This document shows positions 18,267-28,470 of a stretch of 64,000 bases of DNA, piece by piece. Below the pieces are notes generated by a model that saw only the letters and a list, made by a program, of their open reading frames with translations, did no database searches and had not been told where the DNA came from. Source of the stretch: Candidatus Doudnabacteria bacterium RIFCSPHIGHO2_12_FULL_48_16. Lineage in GTDB: Bacteria > Patescibacteriota > Doudnabacteria > UBA920 > O2-02-FULL-48-8. The stretch is taken from assembly GCA_001780035.1 (NCBI GenBank), contig MFEY01000007.1, positions 262,343 through 326,342 on the forward strand, given 5' to 3'. A program made the position numbers and the translations under genes. Positions within the stretch are counted from its first letter, which is position 1, and each line of letters opens with the position of its first letter.

Positions 18267-18719
18267 ATGCCAAAATATGAGCTGATGTATATCTTATCCT
18301 CAGCCGTATCCGACAACGATGTCCCGGCCGTGGCCTCGGAAGTCGACAAGTTCATTACTGACAACGGAGGCGCGGTTCTTACCAGCGAAATGCTCGGCAA
18401 GAAAAAACTGGCCTATCCCATCAAGAAAACCCGGAACGGTTTTTATGTTTTGGAAACTTTCAACCTGGACGGCGCCAAACTGCAAGCGCTGGACAACAAA
18501 CTGCGTTCACTGGAAACGATCATCCGCTACTTAGTAATCAACCTGGAAGAACAGGAGCTCCGCGCGGTCAAAGACAAAGCCGTGCAGGAAAAAATGCGCG
18601 CCTCGCGCAAACCTCAGATGGTCAAGACGGAAGGCGCCCCGAAAGAGGTCAAGCTGACGGAAACCGAACTGGAAAACAAAATTGAACAGGCCCTCGAGTC
18701 AGAAGATCTTACTAAGTAA
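18267..18719 (+). CDS. rpsF: 30S ribosomal protein S6
   Basis: MPKYELMYILSS... The real start is the internal Met of the track ORF 18204..18719. AAGGAAA RBS. Confidence 0.9.
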   Translation: MPKYELMYILSSAVSDNDVPAVASEVDKFITDNGGAVLTSEMLGKKKLAYPIKKTRNGFYVLETFNLDGAKLQALDNKLRSLETIIRYLVINLEEQELRAVKDKAVQEKMRASRKPQMVKTEGAPKEVKLTETELENKIEQALESEDLTK

Positions 18720-18735
18720 TTAATTATCTAATTAT

Positions 18736-19203
18736 ATGGATCTTAACAAAGTCATGATTATCGGGCGCTTAACCCGCGACCCGGAAGTCCGCACCACTCC
18801 CAACGGTGCCAACGTGGTTTCGTTTTCCGTCGCCACCAGCTTCAACTGGACCGACAAAAATGACGGCCAGAAAAAAGAGCAGACGGAATTCCATAACGTC
18901 GTCGCCTGGCGCAAGCTCGCCGACATTATCGGCCAGTATCTGAAAAAAGGCTCCCAGGTTTACCTCGAAGGCCGGCTCCAAACCCGTTCCTGGGAAGGCC
19001 AGGATGGCAAAAAGAATTACCGCACCGAGATTGTCGCCGACAATATGATTATGCTGGGTCGGCCTGGACAAGGATCGCGATCTGAAGCCGATCTCCCCGC
19101 CGGAACCTCGGCGAAGGCGGGTCCATCTACTCCTATGGATCAGCCAGAGCCCAAAAACGACGTCCCGGAAATTCAGATTGACGACGGCGACATCCCATTC
19201 TAA
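18736..19203 (+). CDS. ssb: single-stranded DNA-binding protein
   Basis: OB fold (IIGRLTRDPEVRTTPNGANVVSFSVAT...) and an acidic tail ending DDGDIPF. Confidence 0.9.
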   Translation: MDLNKVMIIGRLTRDPEVRTTPNGANVVSFSVATSFNWTDKNDGQKKEQTEFHNVVAWRKLADIIGQYLKKGSQVYLEGRLQTRSWEGQDGKKNYRTEIVADNMIMLGRPGQGSRSEADLPAGTSAKAGPSTPMDQPEPKNDVPEIQIDDGDIPF

Positions 19204-19239
19204 ATCCATAATTCATCATTTATAATTTTCATTACTTCT

Positions 19240-19461
19240 ATGCCCGCCCCAACCAATATTAAGAAAGTTTGCCTGTTCTGCGCGGAGAAAATCTCCTTCG
19301 TGGATTACAAAGACATCCAATTCCTCCGCCGGTTTATGAGCCCACATGCTAAAATCATGTCCTCCAACAAAACCGGCACCTGCGCCAAGCACCAGCGCAC
19401 GGTTTCGCAAGCCCTAAAACGCGCCCGGCACATGGCATTGCTGCCCTTCGTCGCCGCGTAA
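19240..19461 (+). CDS. rpsR: 30S ribosomal protein S18
   Basis: 73 aa. CLFCAEKISFVDYKD...RRFMS...KTGTCAKHQR. Confidence 0.9.
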   Translation: MPAPTNIKKVCLFCAEKISFVDYKDIQFLRRFMSPHAKIMSSNKTGTCAKHQRTVSQALKRARHMALLPFVAA

Positions 19462-19474
19462 ATAAGAATCAATC

Positions 19475-20047
19475 ATGGGAGTCCTCGATTTCTCCGATCT
19501 CAAAGGCACCGGCCAGATCATCAAATACAATAACGAACCTTACCAGATCATCTGGTCCAATTTTATGCGCACCGCGCAGCGCAAACCCGTTATCCAGGCC
19601 AAACTGCGCAACCTGATGACCGGCAAGGTTATGGAGTATTCCTTCAAATACGGAGAAAAAATCGATGAGGCGGACGTCGGCAAGCGCAAATGCCAATATC
19701 TCTACTCCGATGGCGAAGGCGCTCACTTCATGAACCCGGAAACATTCGAAGCCCTGCTCGTCCCCCGTGTCATTGTCGAAGATCAAGTTAAATTTCTCAA
19801 GGAAGGATCGGACACGGTCATTATGTTTTTTGAAGACCGGCCGATTGCCCTCGATCTGCCGGTCAAAATGGATTTGAAAGTCACGGAAACCTCGCCGGGC
19901 GTTAGAGGCGATACCGCGACCGGCGGCAGCAAACCCGCAACCCTCGAAACCGGTTATGTGGTCAACGTCCCGCTGTTTATCAAAGAAGGCGACATCGTCC
20001 GGATCAACACCCAGTCCGGCAATTACGTGGAGCGCGCCAGCCAATAA
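19475..20047 (+). CDS. efp: elongation factor P
   Basis: 190 aa with the three EF-P OB/KOW-like domains. Confidence 0.9.
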   Translation: MGVLDFSDLKGTGQIIKYNNEPYQIIWSNFMRTAQRKPVIQAKLRNLMTGKVMEYSFKYGEKIDEADVGKRKCQYLYSDGEGAHFMNPETFEALLVPRVIVEDQVKFLKEGSDTVIMFFEDRPIALDLPVKMDLKVTETSPGVRGDTATGGSKPATLETGYVVNVPLFIKEGDIVRINTQSGNYVERASQ

Positions 20048-20066
20048 TTAGAACTCGCTAAGCAAT

Positions 20067-20096
20067 CAAAAAACTGCGGAATTTTCCGCAGTTTTC
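20067..20096. terminator. bidirectional terminator AAAAA-CTGCGGA-attt-TCCGCAG-TTTTC
   Basis: Between efp (+) and the large surface-protein gene (-). Confidence 0.6.
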
Positions 20097-20116
20097 TTGT
20101 TTCAGTTATCCAATTG

Positions 20117-22867
20117 TCACTGTTTTGTTTGGACGGTGGGGCCGATTGGCAAGGCTAGATCAGCCGGATTGGCCAAAACCAGTGCCGCAAACTGATGGCC
20201 CCAGGAGAAGAAAACTTCCGGGCTCGGAAACGGATATCGGATTTCAGCGCCCAAGAAATAAACCGTGCCGTTTTCACCGATCACGACCGTGCCGCGTGCA
20301 TGGCGGTTGGCGGAATCGGATTTGATGGTGAAAGTTTTGGGCGAACCATAGAGCGCGGCATTGGCCAGGCCGGAGCTGTCGTCCGTATCGATGCCAAATA
20401 TATTGACGGTATGGCGCTTGCCGTCGCGCAAATTGTCTGGAATTCGGAAACTAAATCCGTGCGTGCCACTCGCCCCAAAAACAGCGTTGACATCGTTGCG
20501 CTCAACGCTGGTTGTTACGACCGTGGGGTGGGAGTCCGTGCGGTCGGTGATATCAAAATAAACATGAACCTCGATCGGGGTATTGGGATGATCCTGATCG
20601 ATCACCCAGCCCGAAATTACCCCTCCTTTCGAAATTCCATCCAGCCAGCCGATGGGCTTGGTGTTGGCGCTGGCTGAACCTTCCACCGTCAGAGTGAATT
20701 GTTTACTGGCTGTTATGTTGGAGCTGGTCGTGGTGTTATAAGCGATGACCTGAACGGTAAACACATAGGTTCCGGCCGCAGTGGGCGTGCCGGTGATCAA
20801 GGCGGTAGAATTTTTGAGGCTGGAATTGGCGTCTCCCGGATAATTTAATGTCAAAAGGCGCAATCCGGCCGGCATCGCGCCGGAGGCCAAAGACCAGTTA
20901 TAGGATCCGAGATTTTCCACGACCGGAGCATTGAAAAGATTATAGTAACTAACTCCGGTTTTGGCATTGGACAGCGGGGACGGCGTCGAAATGTTCAGAT
21001 TCTGGCTGGCAGAACTCCAGGTAACAATCAGCCCCTTGCTGTCCGAAACTGCCGGCGAGGCGCCGCTCCAACATTGGATTCCGATGGTCGCATAGGTCAT
21101 GTCTTTGTTCTGCGCATCTTTTTGGCCAGCAACGGCAAATGTCCGGGTCCCCGAAACCGGCAGATTGTCCAGCTTCCAGTTGGTGCCATCGGTCAACCGC
21201 AGCAGAGTCTGGCCGTAAGTGTTGCAGCTGGTGGCGTTGCTGGCACTCCAGGTGATGGTTACGGTACTGGTGCTTCCAATATTTACCGTTGGTTCCTGGT
21301 AACCGGTGCTGGTATAGCCGTTGACCTTGAGATCGACTTTGGGCGCCAGCGAATTACTGACCGTGACTGTTTGGGTTTTGGTGCCGCAAACATTAGGCAG
21401 GCTCGGTGAACAAGCGGTAAAGGTAATGGTATAGGTCCCGGCCGCCGTCCAGGTGTGGCTGTCGTTAAACGGATTCGCCGAATTGTTATTGGCGATATAG
21501 GCCTGGTCGACCTGGTTATCGCCCCAATTGATTTTATAATTTAATCCCGAATCGAACGCGGTGGACCCAGCGGTAAATTGATATTGCGGCAGAGCGTTGA
21601 CCACAGCCGTCGATGGCCCGCTGATCGTTTGATAAGTGATAACCGCATTATTATCGGTTATAAAGACGTAATAAACTGCGCCGTAAATGTTTTCATCAGC
21701 CGTCATGACATACAATTTCGCCGCGCCCAGCGGAAACGTCGCCGGAATGGCGAAGCTGTATGATCCGGCGCCCAGAGTCACCGGCGCGACATCCAGCAGG
21801 CCGCTGGCCAAATTGGACAAATCAGCGCAGCAAGAGCTCAGCCGAATTTTGCCGCTGCCCAAACCAGCGGTGGATTGCCAGAAAACCGTGTGCGCCTGGC
21901 CGCGAGTCCAAGTTGTCTCTGACGTTGGATTGGTGATTGTTATGGTGCCGGTTGCACTAATAATTAAAAAGGGGCTGTCATTGTCATCAAAACCAAGCTG
22001 ATCCGTATATTGTTTTACCACCTGAATGTAATACCCGCTGCCAGGCAGAATAGAACCGGAAGCGTCCGTGACTTGGCCCACTGTCCAGTCATACCACAGC
22101 TGATTATTAACATCGACGGCAATCACGCCGAGTGCCGAACCGTTGCTGCCGTTGTTCTGGACCAAGAACAAAGTGTATCGATCATTGGAACTGGTATTGC
22201 TGTCAGTCCAGGTGATCCGGCTGTTGCTGCCCATGACCAGGGATTCCCCGCCATTGGGGGCGGTCAAACGAACCGCTCCGCCGGACAAGCCGACCACGGT
22301 TTGATTGTTCCCCATAACGTCCACAGTTTTATTATTGGTGACATTGTAAAGTCCCAAATTGTCCTGGGAAGAATAGCCGATAGAGCTTAGTCCCAGTGAA
22401 AACTGGCCGGCCGCGGCCGCGCCGATATCGCCGTAAAGATAAAACGTCCGGGAGCTGTTGGCCGGGATGATCGGGCCGCCGGTCCAGGCGGTCTGCGCGG
22501 AAGCGGTATGGATGCTGCCGGAATCCGTGATCAACTGATTCATGGTCCAATAACATTCCCGGCCGCCGGTGACCTGAGCGCAAATTTGAATATTTTTGAT
22601 CGATGTGTCGGAACCTTCCCAGCGGTAATTATAAGTGGCATAACCTTTAACCGTGACTTGATTCAAAGCGACGCTCTGATCCGCGGTGGTAATTTTAAAT
22701 ATCGTAAAATTGACGCCTGTCAGGCCATAACCCACCGAAGCCGGCAAGGGAGAAGCCGCATCCAAGGTCACTGTGACGGTTGCTAGGGCATCCGCAGAAT
22801 TGGCGGGAACAAAAAAAGCCGCCCCGAACAGTGCGACCAGCAACAGACTCTGAAAAAGTTTTTTCAT
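20117..22867 (-). CDS. large secreted/surface protein (916 aa), Thr/Ser/Asn/Gly-rich with Ig-like repeats; hypothetical
   Basis: Signal peptide MKKLFQSLLLVALFGAAFFVPANSADA, then repetitive beta-rich low-complexity sequence. Confidence 0.65.
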   Translation of the reverse strand: MKKLFQSLLLVALFGAAFFVPANSADALATVTVTLDAASPLPASVGYGLTGVNFTIFKITTADQSVALNQVTVKGYATYNYRWEGSDTSIKNIQICAQVTGGRECYWTMNQLITDSGSIHTASAQTAWTGGPIIPANSSRTFYLYGDIGAAAAGQFSLGLSSIGYSSQDNLGLYNVTNNKTVDVMGNNQTVVGLSGGAVRLTAPNGGESLVMGSNSRITWTDSNTSSNDRYTLFLVQNNGSNGSALGVIAVDVNNQLWYDWTVGQVTDASGSILPGSGYYIQVVKQYTDQLGFDDNDSPFLIISATGTITITNPTSETTWTRGQAHTVFWQSTAGLGSGKIRLSSCCADLSNLASGLLDVAPVTLGAGSYSFAIPATFPLGAAKLYVMTADENIYGAVYYVFITDNNAVITYQTISGPSTAVVNALPQYQFTAGSTAFDSGLNYKINWGDNQVDQAYIANNNSANPFNDSHTWTAAGTYTITFTACSPSLPNVCGTKTQTVTVSNSLAPKVDLKVNGYTSTGYQEPTVNIGSTSTVTITWSASNATSCNTYGQTLLRLTDGTNWKLDNLPVSGTRTFAVAGQKDAQNKDMTYATIGIQCWSGASPAVSDSKGLIVTWSSASQNLNISTPSPLSNAKTGVSYYNLFNAPVVENLGSYNWSLASGAMPAGLRLLTLNYPGDANSSLKNSTALITGTPTAAGTYVFTVQVIAYNTTTSSNITASKQFTLTVEGSASANTKPIGWLDGISKGGVISGWVIDQDHPNTPIEVHVYFDITDRTDSHPTVVTTSVERNDVNAVFGASGTHGFSFRIPDNLRDGKRHTVNIFGIDTDDSSGLANAALYGSPKTFTIKSDSANRHARGTVVIGENGTVYFLGAEIRYPFPSPEVFFSWGHQFAALVLANPADLALPIGPTVQTKQ

Positions 22868-22937
22868 GAATATAATAAATTATATTTTGATCTTACATAT
22901 ATTATAGCACATTTAAGGAAATTTAGCAAATAAAAAT

Positions 22938-23285
22938 TCATTCGGTCACCGTTACCGAGCCTTTGAGAGTTTTATTCAGATGATCTTTGTAAGCCCAAAT
23001 CCCCGGCCGGGTAAAAGTCACGGAGTAAGTTTGGCCGGCGGGAATACCCTGCAACGAATCAAATCCCGGCAAATCCGACTCTGGCCAGTGCGGTCTGCTG
23101 TCTTCATTTTTAAAAATCACCTGCGTGCCTTGTTTGACCGTCAACTCGGCCGGACTGAAACCGTCCTTGGTGATACTAACTTCTGCACTCAAGCCGACCG
23201 GTTCAGTATTGGGCGAATTTTTCTTGCCGCAAGCGCTGGCCGCGACCACTACCAACAAAGCCAACAAAATCAGTTTGTATTGCAT
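22938..23285 (-). CDS. lipoprotein with a cupredoxin-like domain
   Basis: True start MQYKLILLALLVVVAASACGKK (lipobox ASAC). ...GTQVIFKNEDSRPHWPESD... The start lies 2 nt after the gdh stop. Confidence 0.55.
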   Translation of the reverse strand: MQYKLILLALLVVVAASACGKKNSPNTEPVGLSAEVSITKDGFSPAELTVKQGTQVIFKNEDSRPHWPESDLPGFDSLQGIPAGQTYSVTFTRPGIWAYKDHLNKTLKGSVTVTE

Positions 23286-23287
23286 AA

Positions 23288-24550
23288 TCAGTTTCCTCTC
23301 GACTCCATGGCGTCGGCGATGCGCTTGAGCGCCAAAATAAAAGCAGCGTTGCGGAAGTCGGTCTGGTATTTTTCGCGTTCCCGCAAAATATTTTTCCAGG
23401 CTTCGACCATATAACCGGTCAGTTTTTTGAGCACCTCGTCTCGGCCCCAATAAAAACCGGACAGGTTCTGGCTCCACTCGAGGTAGGACGTGGCCACGCC
23501 GCCGGAATTGGCCAGCACATCCGGCACGACCCAGACCCCGCGGCGGTGCAAAATCACGTCCGCTTCCGGAGTGGTCGGGCCATTAGCCATTTCAACAATC
23601 AGCTTGGCTTGGATTTTTTTGGCGTTGCCTTTGTGAATCTGATTTTCCAAAGCGGCCGGGACCAAAACATCCACCGGCAATTGCAATAATTTTTCATTGG
23701 TCAGATTCACCGCGCCGGGGAAGTGGGTCAGCGAACCCAGCGCTTTTTTATGCGCTTCCACTTTGCCAATATCCAAACCGCGGGGATTATAAATGGCGCC
23801 CTGGGAATCGGAAACCGCCACGACCTTAAAGCCAGCCGCATTCGCCAGGCGGGCAAAAAACAAACCGACATTGCCAAACCCCTGAATCGCCACACTGGCA
23901 CCGCGCTTGAGCCGCAACGCGTTCGCTGCTTGCTTAAGGATGACCACGCCCCCAAAACCCGTGGCTTCTTCGCGCCCGCGAGAGCCGCCCAAATGCAGCG
24001 GCTTGCCCGTAATCACCGCCGGCTGCCAGCTGCCGACCAGTTTGGAATATTCGTCTGCCATCCAGGCCATGATTTCCGGGGTCGTATTGACATCCGGCGC
24101 CGGCACATCGACATGGGGGCCGATATCTTTGTAAATTAGGCCGATAAACTGCCGCGAGAGGCGTTCGAGTTCGCGTTTGGACAATTTCTTGGGATTGACC
24201 ACGATGCCGCCCTTGCCACCGCCGTAAGGCACGCCGACCACGGCATTTTTGATGGCCATCCAAAATGCCAGGGCTTTGATTTCATCTAGGTTCACCTGAG
24301 GATGAAAGCGCAGGCCGCCTTTGAATGGACCGCGGGCATCATTGTATTGCACACGAAAACCTTCGAAAACTTTGAGCTCGCCATTGTCCATTTCAACCGG
24401 CACCGAAACCGATAAAGTGCGCTTCGGGGATTTGAGTTGGCTTAAAACGCGCGGGTTCAATTTGAGAATCTGGGCCGCATTCGCCAGCTGCTGCATCGCG
24501 GATTTAAAGGGATTGATTTTAGCCATAAACATCTGATTAAGTTTGGTCAT
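23288..24550 (-). CDS. glutamate dehydrogenase
   Basis: KGGLRFHP, VPYGGGKGG and a Rossmann GFGNVG. Likely start MTKLNQMF... (the track ORF extends to 24637). Confidence 0.85.
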   Translation of the reverse strand: MTKLNQMFMAKINPFKSAMQQLANAAQILKLNPRVLSQLKSPKRTLSVSVPVEMDNGELKVFEGFRVQYNDARGPFKGGLRFHPQVNLDEIKALAFWMAIKNAVVGVPYGGGKGGIVVNPKKLSKRELERLSRQFIGLIYKDIGPHVDVPAPDVNTTPEIMAWMADEYSKLVGSWQPAVITGKPLHLGGSRGREEATGFGGVVILKQAANALRLKRGASVAIQGFGNVGLFFARLANAAGFKVVAVSDSQGAIYNPRGLDIGKVEAHKKALGSLTHFPGAVNLTNEKLLQLPVDVLVPAALENQIHKGNAKKIQAKLIVEMANGPTTPEADVILHRRGVWVVPDVLANSGGVATSYLEWSQNLSGFYWGRDEVLKKLTGYMVEAWKNILREREKYQTDFRNAAFILALKRIADAMESRGN

Positions 24551-24650
24551 TATATCACCGCGGCGGAAAATAAAAAAGCCGGGTCCGGAAGCAGTAATCG
24601 CCTCGGACCCGGGGTCTTGCACGCGCCCGTGAGTCATCCGTCGTCTCCCT

Positions 24651-24857
24651 CTACCCGAGCTCTTTTACCATGTCCTCGCCGAGTTGGCGGGACTCCAGCA
24701 CGATTTTGCGTCGAAGCCGACGGCCGAGCCGGGTCTGCCGGCTCGTCGTCACCAGTTCGTGCCCGAAGGTCCGAACCAGCGACTTGAACGCATGACAGAC
24801 GAAATACTTCCTGTCGTCCGTGGTCTGCACTCGAGTTCGCTTGCTACTGCGATTCAT
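24651..24857 (-). CDS. small basic hypothetical protein (68 aa)
   Basis: Arg/Lys-rich ORF with no recognisable motif. Confidence 0.25.
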   Translation of the reverse strand: MNRSSKRTRVQTTDDRKYFVCHAFKSLVRTFGHELVTTSRQTRLGRRLRRKIVLESRQLGEDMVKELG

Positions 24858-24928
24858 CTACTCCTCACCCCCCTTCAGTTGGACATTAGAGTATAATTGC
24901 TTCCGCTCCGTATGTCAATGGCTCAATC

Positions 24929-24959
24929 AAAAAAACCCCGCCTCTGGCGAGAGGCGAGG
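24929..24959 (-). terminator. rho-independent terminator of trxB (CGCCTCT-ggcg-AGAGGCG + T7 on the minus strand)
   Basis: Seen in sequence, 15 nt after the trxB stop. Confidence 0.55.
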
Positions 24960-24973
24960 TTGGAAAAATCGGG

Positions 24974-25924
24974 CTAGCCCTGATCCATATGGAGGTATTT
25001 TTCGGCGTCGAGCGCGGCCATGCAACCCATACCCGCGGCCGTGACCGCCTGGCGGTAGCGGTAATCCCGCACATCGCCGGCGACAAATATGCCGGCCACG
25101 TTGGTTTTGGTCTGATCCGTCGGTTCAATATACCCTTTGGCATCCAGCGTAATTTGGCCCTTGAAAATTTCGGTATTCGGCTTATGACCAATGGCCACGA
25201 ATGTCCCGCCGGCCGGCAATTCTTCGGTCTGGCCGGACACCGCATCCTTGATTCTTAATCCCGTCAGATAATCGGCGCCCAAAAATTCTTCCACCGTCTT
25301 ATTGTAAAGCACGCCGATTTTGGGATTGGCCAGGGCGCGATCCTGCATGATCTTGGAGGCGCGCAGCTTATCGCTGCGATTGAGGACTGTAACTTTGGTG
25401 GCAAATTTAGTCAGATATAAAGCCTCTTCCAGGGCTGCATCCCCGCCACCGATGACCGCCACTTCCTTGCCCTTAAAAAAGAACCCGTCGCAGGTGGCGC
25501 AGGACGAAACGCCCTTGCCGCGCAGCCGTTCTTCGGACGGCAACCCCAGCCAGAGTGAAGAAGCGCCGGTGGCGATAATCACGCTCTCGGCCATATGGTC
25601 CTCATGGCCGGCTGAGACTTTGAACGGCTTATGGGAAAAATCAACCTTGGTCGCGTCATCATAAATGATTTTGGCGCCAAAGCGTTCCGCCTGCTCAATC
25701 ATGGCCTGCATTAACTCCGGACCCTGCACCCCTTTCGGGAAGCCGGGAAAATTTTCCACTTCGGTGGTGATCATGAGCTGGCCGCCAAACGTTAAGCCCC
25801 CGATGACGAGCGGGTTTAAGTTCGCCCGTGCCGCATACAAAGCCGCAGTCAACCCGGCGGGGCCGGAACCGATAATTATGAGCTTATGAATTTCTGATTT
25901 CATGATTCCTGCCTGCCCGCCCAT
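24974..25924 (-). CDS. trxB: thioredoxin-disulfide reductase
   Basis: 316 aa. FAD GSGPAG, redox-active CATCDG, NADPH GGGDAA. Confidence 0.9.
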   Translation of the reverse strand: MGGQAGIMKSEIHKLIIIGSGPAGLTAALYAARANLNPLVIGGLTFGGQLMITTEVENFPGFPKGVQGPELMQAMIEQAERFGAKIIYDDATKVDFSHKPFKVSAGHEDHMAESVIIATGASSLWLGLPSEERLRGKGVSSCATCDGFFFKGKEVAVIGGGDAALEEALYLTKFATKVTVLNRSDKLRASKIMQDRALANPKIGVLYNKTVEEFLGADYLTGLRIKDAVSGQTEELPAGGTFVAIGHKPNTEIFKGQITLDAKGYIEPTDQTKTNVAGIFVAGDVRDYRYRQAVTAAGMGCMAALDAEKYLHMDQG

Positions 25925-25936
25925 TTGGCGGGATTC

Positions 25937-26896
25937 TTAATTCTTTATTCGTTTGATCTGCGTCCAATCCGAGGTAATCCCGGCTGCTCCTTGCGCCTGC
26001 TGCAGCCAGTCGTAACAGGCCAGGGCGGCCGTGGCCGCCTCGCCGGCGGAAATCACCGCTTGCTTGTAGTTGCGGTTGGTGCAATCCCCGGCGGCAAAAA
26101 TTCCCAGCACCGAGGTTTGTTGATCGGCATTGACGATCACTTGGCGCCGGTCATCTAACTTTACTATATTCGCGACCATTTGTGAATTCACGACATAGCC
26201 CAGTTCCACAAATATTCCGTCCACGGCCAAGCTGCTGACCGTTTCGGTCCGGGTATTAAGCAACTTCATTCCCTTGACCGTCTGGTCGCCGTAAATTTCT
26301 TGGACCTGGGCAAATCCGACCAATTCGACATTCGGTTTTTTAAACAAGGCCTTGGACAGCTGCGGGTGAGCGACAAATTTATCAGTTTTGCTGAGCACCA
26401 AAATTTTCTTGGCGGATTTGCTCAGCAGCAACGCGCAATCGGCCGCGATATCGCCGATCCCGACCACGGCTACGACTTTATTTTTGAACAGCGGCGCATC
26501 ACAGGTCGCGCAGTAACTCACGCCCCGGCCTTTGAATTGCTCCTCGCCCGGGATTCCCAAATCCTGCGGCGTTTTGCCGTAAGCCAAAATCACGGCGGCG
26601 GATTTGTATTGACGGCCATACGCGGAGGTCACAAAACAGTTCGGACCGGCTTTAAGCGCGCCCACTTCCCCCTGGAGAAATTCCACGCCGTGCTTTTCCG
26701 CCTGCTTGCGAATCTGGCGGCTCAGCTCCAAACCGCCGATTTCTTCGACCCCAGGATAATTCTCGATGGCGTCGGTGTAATTGGCCTGGCCGCCCACATC
26801 CTTGCCGATAACTAAAACCTTAAGGCCGCGGCGCGCCAGATACAAACTGGCGGTCCAGCCGGCCACTCCCGCTCCGACGATAATGACATCGTTCAT
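25937..26896 (-). CDS. thioredoxin reductase paralog (CATCDA active site)
   Basis: 319 aa. GAGVAG, SYCATCDAPLF, GIGDIA. In tandem with trxB. Confidence 0.75.
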   Translation of the reverse strand: MNDVIIVGAGVAGWTASLYLARRGLKVLVIGKDVGGQANYTDAIENYPGVEEIGGLELSRQIRKQAEKHGVEFLQGEVGALKAGPNCFVTSAYGRQYKSAAVILAYGKTPQDLGIPGEEQFKGRGVSYCATCDAPLFKNKVVAVVGIGDIAADCALLLSKSAKKILVLSKTDKFVAHPQLSKALFKKPNVELVGFAQVQEIYGDQTVKGMKLLNTRTETVSSLAVDGIFVELGYVVNSQMVANIVKLDDRRQVIVNADQQTSVLGIFAAGDCTNRNYKQAVISAGEAATAALACYDWLQQAQGAAGITSDWTQIKRIKN

Positions 26897-27720
26897 GACC
26901 GCATAACATTTAATACCGTATTTTCCAAAAGCTTGGCCACGGTAATCGGGCCGACTCCGCCGGGAGTCGGCGTAATCAAACTCGCCACCCGGCTGACCGC
27001 TTCAAATTCCACATCGCCGAACATTTTTTTGTCCCGAAACGACACTCCGGCATCAATCACCACGGCGCCGGATTTGACCATGTCCCCTTTGATCATTTCC
27101 GCTTTACCCACGCCAGTGATCAAAATATCGGCCTGGCGAGTCAGGCTGGCGAGGTTGTTGGTTTCCTTGCCGCAAACCGTCAAGGTTACCGGCATTTGCA
27201 GCAGCAGGTTGGCCAAAGGCTTGCCGATCAGTTCGCCCTGGCCGACCAGCACGACATGCTGGCCCGAAACCGGGATCTTATAATAATTTAAGACTTCCAG
27301 AATCGCGCCGGGTGTGGGCGGGATCAGCTCATTTTCCCCGATCACCAGCTTGCCCAATGACTCCCAGGACAGATAATCCACGTCGAGCAGTGGATCAATG
27401 GCATTTAAGACCTGGCGCTTGTCGATTCCGGGCGGGAGCGGGAGCTGAACGATGATGCCGGATAAATCCTGGGTTTGAATTTTTTTCAATTCCGCAATCA
27501 ATTGCTTCGTGTCCGTATCCGCCGGATAAGGATAAAGGGAAAATTTGACGCCGATTGATTGGGCCGCTTCCTGTTTTTTGCGGACATAAGTTTGTGAGGC
27601 CGGATCGGAGCCAACCAAAATTACCGCAAGATGCGGCTTCAGTTTCAAGCGGATGATTTTATCTTTGAGGCCAGCCAAAATCCCCTCCGAGATCAGGCGC
27701 CCATCCACTATTCTTGACAT
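26893..27720 (-). CDS. folD: bifunctional methylenetetrahydrofolate dehydrogenase/cyclohydrolase
   Basis: 275 aa. ...YVRKKQEAAQSIG..., VLVGQGELIGKP. 4-nt overlap with the upstream gene start. Confidence 0.9.
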   Translation of the reverse strand: MSRIVDGRLISEGILAGLKDKIIRLKLKPHLAVILVGSDPASQTYVRKKQEAAQSIGVKFSLYPYPADTDTKQLIAELKKIQTQDLSGIIVQLPLPPGIDKRQVLNAIDPLLDVDYLSWESLGKLVIGENELIPPTPGAILEVLNYYKIPVSGQHVVLVGQGELIGKPLANLLLQMPVTLTVCGKETNNLASLTRQADILITGVGKAEMIKGDMVKSGAVVIDAGVSFRDKKMFGDVEFEAVSRVASLITPTPGGVGPITVAKLLENTVLNVMRS

Positions 27721-27921
27721 AATTTAGTATCCGGGTATAATAGTAATCTATTTCAAAAATCTTGCGGTGATCCACACAACCGAATAGTTAATCACCAATC
27801 ATCTCCGATCACCCGGAGCTGGGGTTGAATTTTTCCCCGGTGACTTAAATACCCCAGTATCTTAGCAAATTTAGGCCAAAAACCCAACTTGTAACACATA
27901 ACTAAGTCCCGCGATTAACTT

Positions 27922-28461
27922 ATGGTAGAAGAAGCACAAATCCAGCAATTGGTGGCCAAAGCCAAGCAACAGGATAGGGTCGCTTTTGCGCAGATTTACG
28001 ACACTTTTGCCCAGCAACTCTATAATTTTCTTCTGGGTAAATTGGCCCACAAGGAAACGGCCGAAGACCTGCTCCAAACCGTATTTTTGAAAGCTTGGAG
28101 CAATTTAAACAAATACGAACCGCGAGCCAACGCCAAATTCTCGACCTGGTTGTTTCAAATAGCGAACTTTACGCTGATCGATCATTGGCGGACCCGGAAA
28201 CCGACTGTGGAAATCAACGAAATCGAGAACCTGGTGCAATTCGCGCAAAAGCCAAAACTTTACGAAGAATATGCCTATCTGTCGCAAGCCCTGCAAACTC
28301 TGCCCTTGGCATATCAGACCGTGCTCGACTTGCGATTCCGCCAGGATTTATCAGTTGAGGAAGCCGCTCATATCATGAATAAAAGCCGGGTCAGCATTCG
28401 CGTGCTCCAGCATCGGGCGATCCGAGCACTGCGCAAAAAACTTGGGGACAAAGCAATCTAA
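27922..28461 (+). CDS. ECF-type RNA polymerase sigma factor
   Basis: 179 aa. Region 2 (FLKAWSNLNKYEP...FSTWLFQIANFTLIDHWRTRK) and region 4 HTH. Confidence 0.8.
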   Translation: MVEEAQIQQLVAKAKQQDRVAFAQIYDTFAQQLYNFLLGKLAHKETAEDLLQTVFLKAWSNLNKYEPRANAKFSTWLFQIANFTLIDHWRTRKPTVEINEIENLVQFAQKPKLYEEYAYLSQALQTLPLAYQTVLDLRFRQDLSVEEAAHIMNKSRVSIRVLQHRAIRALRKKLGDKAI

Positions 28462-28470
28462 ATAATAATC

